64,000 nt of DNA, from contig CAVYSE010000019.1 in NCBI GenBank assembly GCA_963771075.1, positions 1 to 64,000 of the forward strand, given 5' to 3'. The notes below the pieces were generated by a model. That model was not told the origin of the DNA, made no database searches, and saw only the letters and a program-made list of their open reading frames with translations. Shown here one piece after another: positions 30,114 to 41,220 of this stretch (positions within the stretch are counted from its first letter, which is position 1; each line of letters opens with the position of its first letter). The DNA comes from a candidate division FCPU426 bacterium (GTDB lineage Bacteria > Oederibacteriota > Muellerivitia > Muellerivitales > Muellerivitaceae). The translations under genes and the position numbers were made by a program.

Positions 30114-31171
30114 GCTTGGCTTTCCCTTTCATCCAACAGACCGACCGAAAGGGCTGGGAAAAAGAGGGACATGAAGATCAGGAAAAAGACCGTCGTAAAA
30201 ATCATCCCGAAAAAGCTCAAAAATCCGATCAAGGGAAGGAACAAGGTTAAAAGAAGGAAAAACTCGAACGCCATGAAGACCGCCGCGAGGCCCAAGAAGG
30301 AAAGAAGGTTTCCCTTCGTGAAATGCCACCCCTTCGCCCGGCAAGTTGCCCATCCCAAGGAGAGGGAGGCCAGTACGCCCCTTCCATTTCCCACCCACGC
30401 CTTGACCGCGAGGGAGTAAACCATCAGGAAAATCATGAGACAAAAATAGAGGATGAAAAAGGGAATCCCTGCCACCACTAGGATCACCATCGTGATTCCA
30501 TCGCCCAGGTGCAAGGATTTCACCAGGTAGTTTCCCGCCCAACCCGCCAAGCGGTACACCCCGACAACTCCCAAGTAGATCATCGCCAGTATAAGAAGGG
30601 CTCCCAGGAAATCGAGAAAATGGCTCACGGAATCTTTGGCCATATCACCCAGGGAAAAACCCTTTTCCTCCCGTTTGTGACGCCAAAAACCGCCATAAAT
30701 CGCCCCGTTGGCCAAGGCTTCCAATAATAGGGCCCAGACGAAATAAATGAACAACAGGCCCAGGAAAATCCCGATCCAAGAGGAATCGCTCGATGTATAA
30801 GAAAGAAGTTTATTGGTGAGTTCCTGCGGATCGTAACTCTCGGGATTTTGAAAGATATCCCCAAAAGATTGGGCCAAAGAACTGATCAGGGGCCAACAAC
30901 CGATCAACAATACCACTCCCAGCATGGCCAGGTTCAAAAGGGCCACGAAGAGCTGGACAAAAAACAGGGGCCACATCTTCATGCAGGCTTGAAAAGCGGC
31001 CTGTAAATGCCCCCAAAAAGAAATTTCCGGGACAGACGCCACGGGTCCAGGCGCGGGAATAGGCGGAATCGATTGGGAAAGGGCTTCAACCGCAGCTGTT
31101 GGGGACGGTTTTCTCCGGCGCACTGACGGGCGGGGAACTTTCTTCCCGGTCTTCTTGATGGGCCTGGGCAT
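30110..31171 (-). CDS. Hypothetical polytopic membrane protein
   Basis: GGAG RBS before the ATG at 31171; basic N-terminus then several TM helices. Confidence 0.7.
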   Translation of the reverse strand: MPRPIKKTGKKVPRPSVRRRKPSPTAAVEALSQSIPPIPAPGPVASVPEISFWGHLQAAFQACMKMWPLFFVQLFVALLNLAMLGVVLLIGCWPLISSLAQSFGDIFQNPESYDPQELTNKLLSYTSSDSSWIGIFLGLLFIYFVWALLLEALANGAIYGGFWRHKREEKGFSLGDMAKDSVSHFLDFLGALLILAMIYLGVVGVYRLAGWAGNYLVKSLHLGDGITMVILVVAGIPFFILYFCLMIFLMVYSLAVKAWVGNGRGVLASLSLGWATCRAKGWHFTKGNLLSFLGLAAVFMAFEFFLLLTLFLPLIGFLSFFGMIFTTVFFLIFMSLFFPALSVGLLDERESQA

Positions 31172-31218
31172 TCGTGTCTCCAATTACAAAAATAACAATT
31201 AAATTACAAAAGTTTTTA

Positions 31219-31519
31219 CCACCGAGGCACGGAAACACAGAGAGAAAATAAAAGAGAATGATTTTAGCCACAGATTCATGGGATACAATTGATTTTAAAA
31301 CCTTAGTTGCCTTTAGGGCACCTTTAAAAATTTGTTTTTGAGGGTTGTCTAAATCAAAAAATAAGCCTTACTCGGTACCTCTACCCCCCTTTGACCAAAG
31401 AGCCAAAGAAATCGGGACTATACCGACCTCCTTAATTGCCTTCAAAGAGATTCGGCATGTGGTGATTTTTTAGACTTTTCCTTTAGCTTATCCGCGTGCA
31501 TCCAACATAACTGTAGCTA
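31219..31519. repeat. Compound intergenic repeat: 8-mer arm plus 9-mer inverted element
   Basis: CCACCGAG GCACGGAA ACACAGAG (31219-31242); TAGCCACAGAT TCATGGGAT ACAATTGAT (31265-31293) inverted to ATCCGCGTGC ATCCAACAT AACTGTAGCTA (31490-31519). Confidence 0.6.
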
Positions 31520-31611
31520 ATATAAGTTTTGCCATCCGTATTTTTGTAGTCCGGCTTTAAGTCTTAACCGGATCACCCTGTGAATTAATCTCGATTTCGT
31601 CGGCCCGGTTC

Positions 31612-32112
31612 CTAGCGGTAATTATTGAATTGTAATGGAACCTTGATGTCCTGTGCGGACCTTAAGAGCTGCATCACCGCCTGCAAGTCATCCTTGTTTT
31701 TGCCCGAAACCCTCACCTTTTCATCCACGATGGACACTTGTACCTTCAGTTTGGAATCCTTGATCCGCTTGACAATGTCCTTGGAAGCTTCCATGGGCAT
31801 GCCGCTGACGATCTTGACTTTCTGGTTGACCGTTCCGCTGAAAGCCGCTTCCGCCTTTTGGAAATCCATGGCTTTGGGGGAAATGTTGCGCTTGATAAGC
31901 TTTCCTTTCAGGACATCCTCGACTGCCTTGAGGCGGGAATCATCGTCGGAAACGATTTCCAGTTCCTTGGCGGTTTTATTCAAGGTGATTTTGCTGATAC
32001 TGTTCTTGAAATCGTACCGCTGGGAGATTTCCTTCATGGCTTGGTTGACCGCGTTGTCCACCTCCTGAAGATCCACCTCGGAAACGACGTCGAAAGAATA
32101 TTGGTCAGCCAT
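31612..32112 (-). CDS. yajQ: YajQ family nucleotide/c-di-GMP-binding protein
   Basis: SFDVVSEVDLQEVDNAVNQ..KEI..RYDFK, RVSGK.KDDLQ, PLQFNNYR. Confidence 0.95.
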   Translation of the reverse strand: MADQYSFDVVSEVDLQEVDNAVNQAMKEISQRYDFKNSISKITLNKTAKELEIVSDDDSRLKAVEDVLKGKLIKRNISPKAMDFQKAEAAFSGTVNQKVKIVSGMPMEASKDIVKRIKDSKLKVQVSIVDEKVRVSGKNKDDLQAVMQLLRSAQDIKVPLQFNNYR

Positions 32113-32176
32113 GGGTCACCTCCAGTTTATGTCCAAACCGCAAAGATATTTTTGTTGTTAAATTCCAACTAACGGG

Positions 32177-33139
32177 TCAAGGGCCCCCGTCGGATTTGGG
32201 TTGGGAGTCGGACCCTGCGGGGAGGGTGATTTCCACCACCTGTCCGGTGGTGCCCAACACCCCAAGGGGCTTGCCGTTGAGTTGGATATCCACCCCGCCG
32301 GCGTTGCCGATGCGCAATTTGAATGATCTCTCCGCCTGAAAGGACCTTGTATCGCCCTGGGAAAGATCCAGTTCCTTGCTGAGTTTTCCGTCATCCAAGG
32401 TGACCAATATCCAAGATTTATCCAATGCCTTAAGCGTGAGATGTTGCCATTTGTCCGCCACTTCACGCGAAGAATCTTGGGAAGCCACCGGAGCCGGAGC
32501 CATTGGAGCGGAAGTCGCGGGAACGGCCGGAACCGGGTTTGAAGACTGGGGTGCGGACGGTGCCGACGCAGTGGCTGAGGCGGTTTTGGAAAACTGCCCC
32601 ACTAATTTTGAAACCACGGGGGATAACTTTTGCCAGCCCAGCCAAAGCAGACCCAAAAAGGCCAGCGCGATGACCATTTGGCCCACCCAGGTATAAAAGG
32701 ACCGCCATTTCAACCTGCGACGGCTCGGCGCGGTGTGGTGCCTGATCGGTTCATGAAGCTCGGGTAAATCCTCCCCCTCTTCGAGGGCCTCGGCTTGGCC
32801 GGCGTCGGAGGGCCGGATGACCGCGGGCAGGACAGGCCTTGCGCCCAAGAAGGGGCTGTTCTTTTCCATCTCGACTTCCGCGTTCATGGGTTCGATCTTG
32901 ACGGGAGGCTCGGGAACCTGCGCTTTGAATTCCCTGGTCATCTTCTGGGCGTCGAGCCCAACCACTTTGCAATAGGCCCGGATAAAACCCTTGGCGTAGG
33001 TGTGCGAGGGAAATAAGTCGTAATGGTCCTCTTCCAGGGCTTCCAGGTACTTTACTGGGATGCGGGTCTTCTGGGAAATGACCTCAAGCGGGATTTGCTT
33101 GGATTCCCTCGCCTGTTTCAGGTCCGAGCCGACACTCAT
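32177..33139 (-). CDS. rodZ: RodZ-like cell-shape protein (HTH, TM, DUF4115)
   Basis: G..LKQARE..YLEALE..Y.KGFIRAY HTH; single TM; C-terminal IGNAGGV...LNGK.LG.LG. Confidence 0.85.
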   Translation of the reverse strand: MSVGSDLKQARESKQIPLEVISQKTRIPVKYLEALEEDHYDLFPSHTYAKGFIRAYCKVVGLDAQKMTREFKAQVPEPPVKIEPMNAEVEMEKNSPFLGARPVLPAVIRPSDAGQAEALEEGEDLPELHEPIRHHTAPSRRRLKWRSFYTWVGQMVIALAFLGLLWLGWQKLSPVVSKLVGQFSKTASATASAPSAPQSSNPVPAVPATSAPMAPAPVASQDSSREVADKWQHLTLKALDKSWILVTLDDGKLSKELDLSQGDTRSFQAERSFKLRIGNAGGVDIQLNGKPLGVLGTTGQVVEITLPAGSDSQPKSDGGP

Positions 33140-33858
33140 TGGAATATGTCTCCTTGAACCACTTGCGTGTCTTTGGGCGGACGGAACTCGAAAAGATCGT
33201 CCTTCAAACCCTTATTGAGCGCCAGGTTGTTAAACCGGGCCTTGTTCACCATGGCGGGCGTGGTGATTTCCACCTGGGTGGGCCACCAGTCTTTCTTGCG
33301 GACGTCACTTTCATGTGGTCGAACCCGGAATTGTCCTTGTCCAGGGGCGTGAAATCCAGCACCACCTCATCCCCGTTTTCCGAGGCAATTTTGACCTTGC
33401 TGATATCGATGTAGTGTTTAAGTTCTTGGCCCACGCCCAGGTAAACGGGCCTGGCGTTCTTGCCCTTGGCGCCCTTTTGAATATAGTCCATTTTCTCGGA
33501 AGGTTGGTACATTTGGGAGCCCTGGCCCCACGTAAAGGAACTGTTCCTCCGGTTTGGTGTAATGTACATAAACTTTGCCCGGGGACTTGGTGAATACCTT
33601 GCCCTCGTAATTTTGGGTCTGACCCGAGAGGGAATCCTTCATTTCCATTCTTAGGTCCATCTGGGCGTCCAGGGCCGCCAATTGGGCCGCTTCCACCAGG
33701 TCGGAAACATCCTTCACGCTCAGGACTTTCTTGTCTTGCGCCCGAAGAAGGCTTCCAAAAGCCATGAGTGCTAGTACCATGCCGATTTGGGTTAATTGCT
33801 TGCTTTTCCTGCCAACGGTGGACTGCCGACTGCCAACTGGTTTATTGGAGATTTTCAT
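33136..33858 (-). CDS. lolA: Outer-membrane lipoprotein carrier LolA-like; two apparent frameshifts (near 33527 and 33303)
   Basis: EGKVFTKSPGKVYVHYTKPEEQ; MYQPSEK; C-terminal NKGLKDDLFEFRPPKDTQVV by hand translation; position immediately after ftsK. Confidence 0.75.
33811..33838. repeat. Heptamer tandem array inside the lolA 5' end
   Basis: GCCAACG GTGGACT GCCGACT GCCAACT; encodes VGSRQSTVG on the minus strand. Confidence 0.6.
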
Positions 33859-36278
33859 TCATTTCCTCTTCATCGTCATAGCCGGGGGGACCGGAACCAT
33901 CCATATTTTGGACGAGGATCTTACGGGGTTTGTTTCCATCGGCCGGCCCCACAATACCCCTCACCTGCATGTCATCCAGCAATCGGGCCGCCCGGCCGTA
34001 ACCGATCTTCAACCGGCGCTGTAAAAGGGAGGTCGAGGCCTGTTTGGCCCGCATGACGATCTCCACCGCGCTGTCGTAAAGCTCATCCTCACTATCGCCG
34101 GTAACCAGGTCGTTGTTCTTGGCGGGGGTGAGATCGGCCGAAAACTGGGGGCCGCCCTGCGAGGTCCAGAAATCCACCAACCGCTCGATCTCTTCCATCG
34201 TAACGAAGGCCCCCTGAAGCCGCAAGGGTTTGGGCGCGCCGGAGGCCAGGTAAAGCATGTCGCCGCGCCCCAACAGGGCCTCCGCACCGTTCATGTCGAG
34301 GATGGTTCGTGAATCCACCTTTGAGAAAACCTGGAAGGCAATGCGGGATGGGAAGTTGGCCTTGATGATTCCCGTGATGACCTCGACCGAGGGCCGCTGC
34401 GTGGCCAGGACCAGGTGGATACCCACCGCTCGGGCCATCTGGGCCAGGCGCGTGATGGAATCTTCCACCTGGTCTTTCGCCGTCATCATTAAATCGGCCA
34501 GTTCGTCCACCAGCACCACGATGTAGTACATGGGGTACTTATCCTTCTCACCCGCTTCCCGTTTGACCGCCATTTTCTGGTTGAAGCTGTCGATGTCGCG
34601 TGCGCCCACATGCGCCAGTTGTTGGTAGCGGTCCTCCATTTCTCGCACCAGCCATTTGAGGGCCAGGTGGGCTTCCTTGGGGTCGTTCACGACCGGAAGG
34701 GCCAGATGAGGCAGGCCCTTGTAGATGGTCAGCTCCACCCTTTTGGGATCGACCAAAACCATCCTCAACTCCTCGGGGTTGTACTTGAAGATCAGGCTAG
34801 CGATGAAAGTGTTCACGCATACCGATTTACCGGAGCCGGTTGAGCCCGCGACCAACACGTGGGGCATTTCCTTGATGCTTCCGTAAACCACCTCGCCCGC
34901 GATGTCCTTCCCCAGGGCCACGGTGAGTTTTTTCGAGGAGCCGAGGAAGTTATCGTTCGCGATGAGTTCCTTCAGGGTCACCACCCGGCCCTGGCTATTG
35001 GGGACCTCGATACCGACCGCCGCCTTGCCTGGAATCGGCGCCACGATGCGAAGGTGACCGCACTTCAGGGCAAGCGCCAGGTCGTTTTCAAGGGAGGCGA
35101 TGCGGGTGATCTTGACGCCCGCGGCGGGCTGGACTTCGTACTGGGTAACCGTCGGGCCCGGGTTCACGCCCACCACCTTGGCTTCCACCCCGAAGTTGGC
35201 CAGGGTTTCGGTCAGGGTGCGGCTGACGGTCTCAAAATCATCGACGATCTTGTCCTTGGATTCTTCAAGGGTCTTCAAAATGTGCACAGTCGGCAATTGC
35301 CATTGGCGGATGACGCGCTTGGGCGCTTCGTCCTCCACCGTCTCTTCCGCCTCCTGTTCTTCTTCGCCCACCTCGATGCTGGCCGCCTCCATTTTCTGCT
35401 TCGTGGTCATGGAATTGGAGGATCCCTTCGCCTCGGCGAGTGCGACCGAAACCATGTCCACATTCTCCTCGGCGGGAGCGCTTTGGACCGGCTTCACTTC
35501 CTCATCCGCTTCCCCGGTAAAAAGTGGCCGAACAGGACTCAAGGGACGCTCCGGGGCCTTTGAAATGGGCTTGGAAACGGGAGGAACGGTCTTTTCAGAA
35601 AGAGCCGCCGATCTTTCGGCTTTTCTCAAGCTTTTCATTGGCCTTTTCGGCGACCTTTTTGGCAGCCCGGCTGTTTTGGAAGTCCTTCAGTCCCTTTGCC
35701 ATACGTTCTTTTAATTGGGCGAAGGCTTCGAAACCCCTCTCCTCCAAATACTTCCCACCCCTGAGGAATCCCTCCCCAACCCTTTTGGCGGCCTTGACCA
35801 GGTAATCCTCTTTTTCCAAAAACCAGGCGGATAACACCAGGATCATCAGGCAAATCACCACCGTGCCGAAACGGGTCAGCGTGGATTCCATCCGGGTCCC
35901 CACCTGGAGCCCCAATTGGCCCGACCATTCCACGCCCTCGCGCATCTGCGAGGGTGAAAACATCTGGACTCCCGGGAAAAAAACATGCAGGCCAGGACGC
36001 AGATGGAAGGATCGCCAATAAAAGCCCCAGCAATTTCAGGCCCGGTTTGTTCAGGGGTTCATCCTTGTAGCGGGAATAGCCGAACCGAAAAAGGATGAGC
36101 GGGAAAACCCAGGCGCAAAGACCGAATCCCGCGTAAAGGAAATAGGCCAGGTAGGAACCGGGAGTGCCCAGCAAATTAGGGTTGGCGGCCGTAGGGATCA
36201 GGCGAGAAGAAGGATGAGGATCCCAAGACAGAAGACAATAAAAACCACCAGGAAATGGTGGCGGTCATTTTTGGACAT
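33842..36278 (-). CDS. ftsK: DNA translocase FtsK; three apparent frameshifts in the 5' part
   Basis: TM domain split over ORFs 36198-36278, 35635-36174 and 35595-35963; motor motifs PHVLVAGSTGSGKS, VDELADLM, ATQRPS; gamma domain SLLQRRLKIGYGRAARL. Confidence 0.94.
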
Positions 36279-36502
36279 CGGTCCTCGAATGGGGGAAATC
36301 CATGCCCCGGAGACCGGGAATGGGCGGGAAATGAAAAGAAAAACCATGGCGGAAACAAAGTATAGCTGAGGCTCAGGTGCCATTTGAAGCAAATACTTGT
36401 CCCCGTTCGGGGTCCGCACATGAAAAACAAACCTGATTGTTGTGAGTGAGTCATTTTGTGATAAAAAGGTTGGGCTTTAACCCACGTTTTCCAGGCGGAA
36501 CC

Positions 36503-37424
36503 ATGTTCACCTTCATTTCTTCACGTTGCCTTCAACGTCGTACTGCCCATCTTCCTCGTCATGGCCCTCGGTTATACCCTGGCGAAAAAATTCAAGCTGG
36601 ACTTGAACACCCTATCCAAGCTGAACTTCTATGTGTTCATCCCGGTTTACATGTTCTATAGCCTTCTCTGGTTCAAGCCCAACCCTCAGGACATGGAATG
36701 GTCGGTGGTCTTCAACATCGTTTTCGTCGGGCTTTCCTTCTTGCTTATGGCGGTCATCGCCAAGGTCTTCCGGTTTCATCCCTCGCTGGTTCCCATGTCC
36801 ATGTTGACTGCGGTCATTTTCAACTCGGCCAATTACGGGATCCCCGTCGTGGAGCAGGCTTTTCATGACGAGGGAATCCCGATCCAGATCATCACCATCA
36901 CCATCATGAACGTTTTGACCTATACGGCGGGCGTCCTGGTCACTGGCGGCCTGGGCGAGTGGCGGGAGGGCTTCAAGACCATCCTGAAACTGCCCATTCT
37001 TTACGCCCTTTTGGGGGCGCTCCTCCTTCGGGCCTTGACCATTCCCGTTCCGGACGCCTTGATGTCCGCGCTTAAGTGGACCTCGGACGGGATGCTTTCC
37101 ATCGCCCTCCTCACCCTGGGCGCCCAGTTGGCCCAGGGCGGTTTGTCCATGAAACACCCAAAAGAACTTTGGCTGACCGTCTTCGTAAGGCTGATCCTGG
37201 GGCCGATCCTCGCCCTGTTGATCCTGAAACTCTTCGGGCTCACCGGCCTCGCGGCCAAGGTTCTCTTCGTTTCCAGCGCCTTCCCCACGGCGGTCATTAC
37301 CGTGATGTTCGGAATTGAATACAAGCGGTCTCCCCTCTTCGCGGCCGACGTGGTCTTTTTGACCACCCTGCTATCCGCCGTGACGGTCACCCTGACCATC
37401 GGGTTGGCAAACTATCTCTTCTGA
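36503..37424 (+). CDS. AEC (auxin efflux carrier) family transporter; apparent extra base near 36518
   Basis: NVVLPIFL upstream in frame, FNSANYGIP, LLTLGAQL, VRLILGP, AFPTA, TTLLSAVT. Confidence 0.88.
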
Positions 37425-37593
37425 GGCGCGAAGTGAAGAAATCGGTCAACCCATTCAACCGCAAGGACCAGTCCCTTCTCAAAAACCCCGCCTACAAAAA
37501 CATGGTCAGCCCTTATGAAAGCAAATATCCGCAAACCAAGGAGGCCCGGAAAAAACCCATCCCCGGTCTTTACGGCTTCAGGGGTAAGGTCAA

Positions 37594-39340
37594 ATGATCA
37601 CGCCCCAGCAAAATCCTTTTCGTTCCATTCAAGGTCTTTCCGGTCCCTGGGCTTTCCAAATGGACCCCAAGGGAGTGGGCATTTCCAAGAAATGGTTCCT
37701 GGGGCTTCCCCAAAAACGGCCGATACGGGTACCCGCCAGTTGGAACGTCCAGTTCGAGGACACGGCCCATTACCTGGGCGACGCCTGGTATCAAACCCGG
37801 TTTGATCTTCCCGAAAGGTTCAACGGACAAAAGCAATATATCCGCTTCGGCTCGGTCAATTACCGGGCGGAGGTTTGGTTTAACGGCAAGCGTCTGGGCC
37901 ATCACGAAGGGGGGCATCTTCCCTTCGAATTCGAGGTCTCAACCCATTCCCGCCCCCGAAACAACCTTTTGATCATTCGGGTGAACGGAAGCTTGGCGCC
38001 GGACCGGGTGCCTCCAGGAAACGTTTCTTTCGATCCGAGGGACGCCTTCGCCAACAGCTTCAACCCGCCCGCCTCTTTCGACTTTTTTCCCTACTGCGGC
38101 GTTCAAAGACCAGTCCAGATCATTGGCCTGCCAAACCATTTCATTGAGGATTTGACGGTCATCCCCGAAGTAACGGGCAAAAATGGTAAGGTTCGAGTGG
38201 TCGTTCAAACCCAACATTCCCCCCATATCACCTGCCGGGTCGCGCTAAGGGGTTTTGGTTTGGAGATCCGATTGGGTGGGCCCGTTCCGGGCGAACCTTT
38301 TCAAGGGAGAGATGACTGTCCCCAACGCCAAGCTTTGGGCGCCTGGAGCCCCGAACCTCTATGACCTGCGCGTGGAATTATTAAAGGGTAGGAAAAAAAT
38401 CGATGAGGTTCGAATTCCCGTTGGGATCCGAACGGTCCAAGTAGATGGCGGGAAGCTTCTTCTAAATGGAAAGCCCGTTTTCCTCAAGGGATTCGGCCGG
38501 CATGAGGATGACCCCAAACATGGGCGTTACCTCCCCCCCGCCACCCTGAAAAAAGACTATCAAAACATGAAATGGGTCGGTGCCAATTCCTTCCGAACCA
38601 GCCATTACCCCTACTCGGAGGAGGACATGGCCCTCGCCGACAAGCTGGGTTTCCTGGTCATCGACGAAACTCCCGCGGTCGGGCTTTTCTTTCATCCCGC
38701 TGGTCTCAAGAAACGCCGAAAAGCTTTGTCAACAATTCACCGGGAACTCATCCAGAGGGACAAGAACCATCCCAGCGTCATCCTTTGGAGTATCGCCAAC
38801 GAACCCCATTCTAAAAGACCGGCGGCGGTTCCCTTTTTCAAAAGACTCGCCCAACAAGCGAGGCGATTGGACCCTTCCCGGCCTATCACCCTCGCGAGTT
38901 ATTTGGGGGCGGCCGAGGAATCCTTCAAGTTCTTGGACGTGGTTTGCGTGAATCGGTATATGGGCTGGTATAGCGAACCGGGCGACCTGGATTTGGCCAT
39001 TCCCCGTTTATCGAAGGACTTGGATGCTATCCACCGGAAATTCAAGAAACCGGTTTTAATGACCGAATTCGGGGCCGATGCCATGCCCGGAAGCCATTCC
39101 CGCCCGCCCATCATGTTTTCCGAGGAATACCAGGCCGACCTGATCACCCGCTACTGGGAAGTCATTCGGAAGAAGCCCTTCATGCAAGGCGCTCATATTT
39201 GGAATCTGAACGATTTCAAGACCGCCCAGGCCACCCATCGGCCCAATGGCATGAACTATAAAGGGGTCTTTTCAAGGGAACGAAAACCCAAAAAGGCTGC
39301 CCATGCCCTTCGAAAGCTTTGGGCTAAGAATTCGCGTTAA
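37594..39340 (+). CDS. uidA: GH2 beta-glucuronidase; apparent frameshift near 38265
   Basis: VPASWN, HEGGHLPFE, DFFPYCG, KGFGRHED, NSFRTSHYPY, WSIANEP (acid/base), TEFGAD (nucleophile), NYKG motif. Confidence 0.88.
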
Positions 39341-39353
39341 CAGGGAACCGCCG

Positions 39354-39716
39354 TTAAAGAGCTTCGTACTTTCGTTTGCCGGTTGAATAAGAAACGACCA
39401 GCCTTGCCTCGGTCGCGCCGAGATTCTTGTATCGGTGGGCCTTTCCGGACGGGCAAAGCACCGAATCCCCCTCATTCAGGATGAGCCGCTCTTTATCCAG
39501 GGTGATCTCCACCTTCCCCTCGACAAGATAGATCAGCTCGTGGCAATTGGAATGGACATGCAGGGGTGATGTCTTGCCCTTACTGATGGTCATGGCGGCG
39601 ACGCTGATGCCCACTCCCGGGACCAAACTGTCGTCGACAACCCATTCGGTTTTTCCCCAATCCTCTTCGGTCAATTTGGGCCGCAAGGGGTTGATGACGT
39701 TAAAATGAAGCTTCAT
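39354..39716 (-). CDS. Cupin domain protein
   Basis: HVHSNCHELIYLVEG..GDSVLCPSGKAH.Y.N cupin motifs. Confidence 0.85.
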   Translation of the reverse strand: MKLHFNVINPLRPKLTEEDWGKTEWVVDDSLVPGVGISVAAMTISKGKTSPLHVHSNCHELIYLVEGKVEITLDKERLILNEGDSVLCPSGKAHRYKNLGATEARLVVSYSTGKRKYEAL

Positions 39717-39794
39717 GGGGCTTCCCCTAAAGGAATTCCAGCGGTGAATTTTCTGTTAAACTCTACCCCGTTATAACATTTTTTTGGGGCAATT

Positions 39795-40637
39795 ATGAAA
39801 CAGTGGAAGATCATTTTAATACCTGTGATTTTAGCCTACATCACCATTCTCGGCGGTTTTTTGCTGGCCCAAAGAAGCCTCATTTTCCTGCCCACCCCCT
39901 TGAACGGGGACAACCCCCAGAAGGTTGGGCTTTCTTACCAAAATGTTTCTTTCCCTTCTTCCGATGGCACCACCCTCACTGGCTGGTGGATCCACCATCG
40001 ATCGGGACCATCCCCCCGACCTGTTCTTTTATATTGCCACGGGAACGGCGCTAATCTTTCCCTTTTATCGGAAGTAACGAAGATTTTTTATGAATTCGGT
40101 TTCGACGAACTTCTATTCGATTACCGTTCATATGGGGCAAGCCAAAGGGCCCCCTTAAGCGAGAAAGCCGTGGACCAGGACTCCCTGGCGGCTTACCGCT
40201 GGTTACAGGCAAGGGGGGAGCCTGAAAGCCGGATCCTGATTTGGGGCCATTCCTTAGGCTCCTCAGTCGCGGCCTGGCTGGCCACCCAAACCCACCCCGC
40301 GGGTTTGATCCTGGAGGGGGCTTTTCCATCCACCCTAGCCATCAGCCGCCAACGCTATCCTTGGCTCTGGGTGCCGCCTTTTTTGATTAAAGACCCCTTC
40401 AATACCGGGGATTACGTTCAAAAACGGACCTGCCCGCTTTTGGAATTCCACGCCGAGAAGGATACGATCATCCCCATTCAATTAGGGCGGAGTGTTTTTG
40501 AAAAAGCGGCAGAACCCAAACAATGGGTGGTGATCAAGGGGATCGACCACAATGACTTTCCCAGCGTGGCCAATCAATACAAGGACAGGGTCATGAACTT
40601 CGCGGATTACTGTCTTCGACAGACTTTGAAACCCTAA
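39795..40637 (+). CDS. Alpha/beta hydrolase (ABHD12/13-like)
   Basis: N-terminal TM, CHGNG, FDYRSYG.S, GHSLG nucleophile elbow, D..IP, HND. Confidence 0.88.
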   Translation: MKQWKIILIPVILAYITILGGFLLAQRSLIFLPTPLNGDNPQKVGLSYQNVSFPSSDGTTLTGWWIHHRSGPSPRPVLLYCHGNGANLSLLSEVTKIFYEFGFDELLFDYRSYGASQRAPLSEKAVDQDSLAAYRWLQARGEPESRILIWGHSLGSSVAAWLATQTHPAGLILEGAFPSTLAISRQRYPWLWVPPFLIKDPFNTGDYVQKRTCPLLEFHAEKDTIIPIQLGRSVFEKAAEPKQWVVIKGIDHNDFPSVANQYKDRVMNFADYCLRQTLKP

Positions 40638-41215
40638 CGGGGGACGAATGTCCCCTTTTTCATGCGGTCTAGGTCTTCCAACAAATGAAGAATGGGCCGT
40701 TCTAAGAATGAATTCAAAATATAATCCCCCGAAGGATTTGAAGTGGGGGAAACGCAGAAGATACCCGCCGCCTTGGACCCCGCCACACCCTCCGGGCTGA
40801 CCTCGAAGGAGATGGCCTTGGGGGCTTTGATCCCGAGTGTATCGAGCGTAATTTGATAAAGCTCGACCCCGGGTTTCAAGGTCTTCACATCCTCCCTGCA
40901 ACGAATGCTGTCGAAATCGTGAGCAAGATCCAACACCGAAAGTTCTTTCACAACCTCCGGGGAGGAAAGATTTGAGGTGAGGGCGATGCGGACCTCGTAC
41001 CGGCGCAGGTTAAGAAAGGTTTCCTTGAGTCCCTCAACAGTGGATCGCAGTTCGGTGTGGTCGGGCATTTTACGCTCTGCCTGGGCCATTTCCCGTTGAA
41101 TCCATTCCAGATCAAAAATGAGCGCCTTGGTGATCCAAAAACTCTCGGGCACATGGGCGTAATAAAGATTGTGGGGATTATTGACGTCGGAGGGGCCGAA
41201 ATTGATGGGGCTCAT
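40634..41215 (-). CDS. HAD-superfamily protein with degenerate catalytic motifs
   Basis: ALIFDLE, ALTSN, KP...Y, FEVS..G...SKAAG; follows gatB. Confidence 0.75.
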   Translation of the reverse strand: MSPINFGPSDVNNPHNLYYAHVPESFWITKALIFDLEWIQREMAQAERKMPDHTELRSTVEGLKETFLNLRRYEVRIALTSNLSSPEVVKELSVLDLAHDFDSIRCREDVKTLKPGVELYQITLDTLGIKAPKAISFEVSPEGVAGSKAAGIFCVSPTSNPSGDYILNSFLERPILHLLEDLDRMKKGTFVPR

Positions 41216-41220
41216 AGGTT

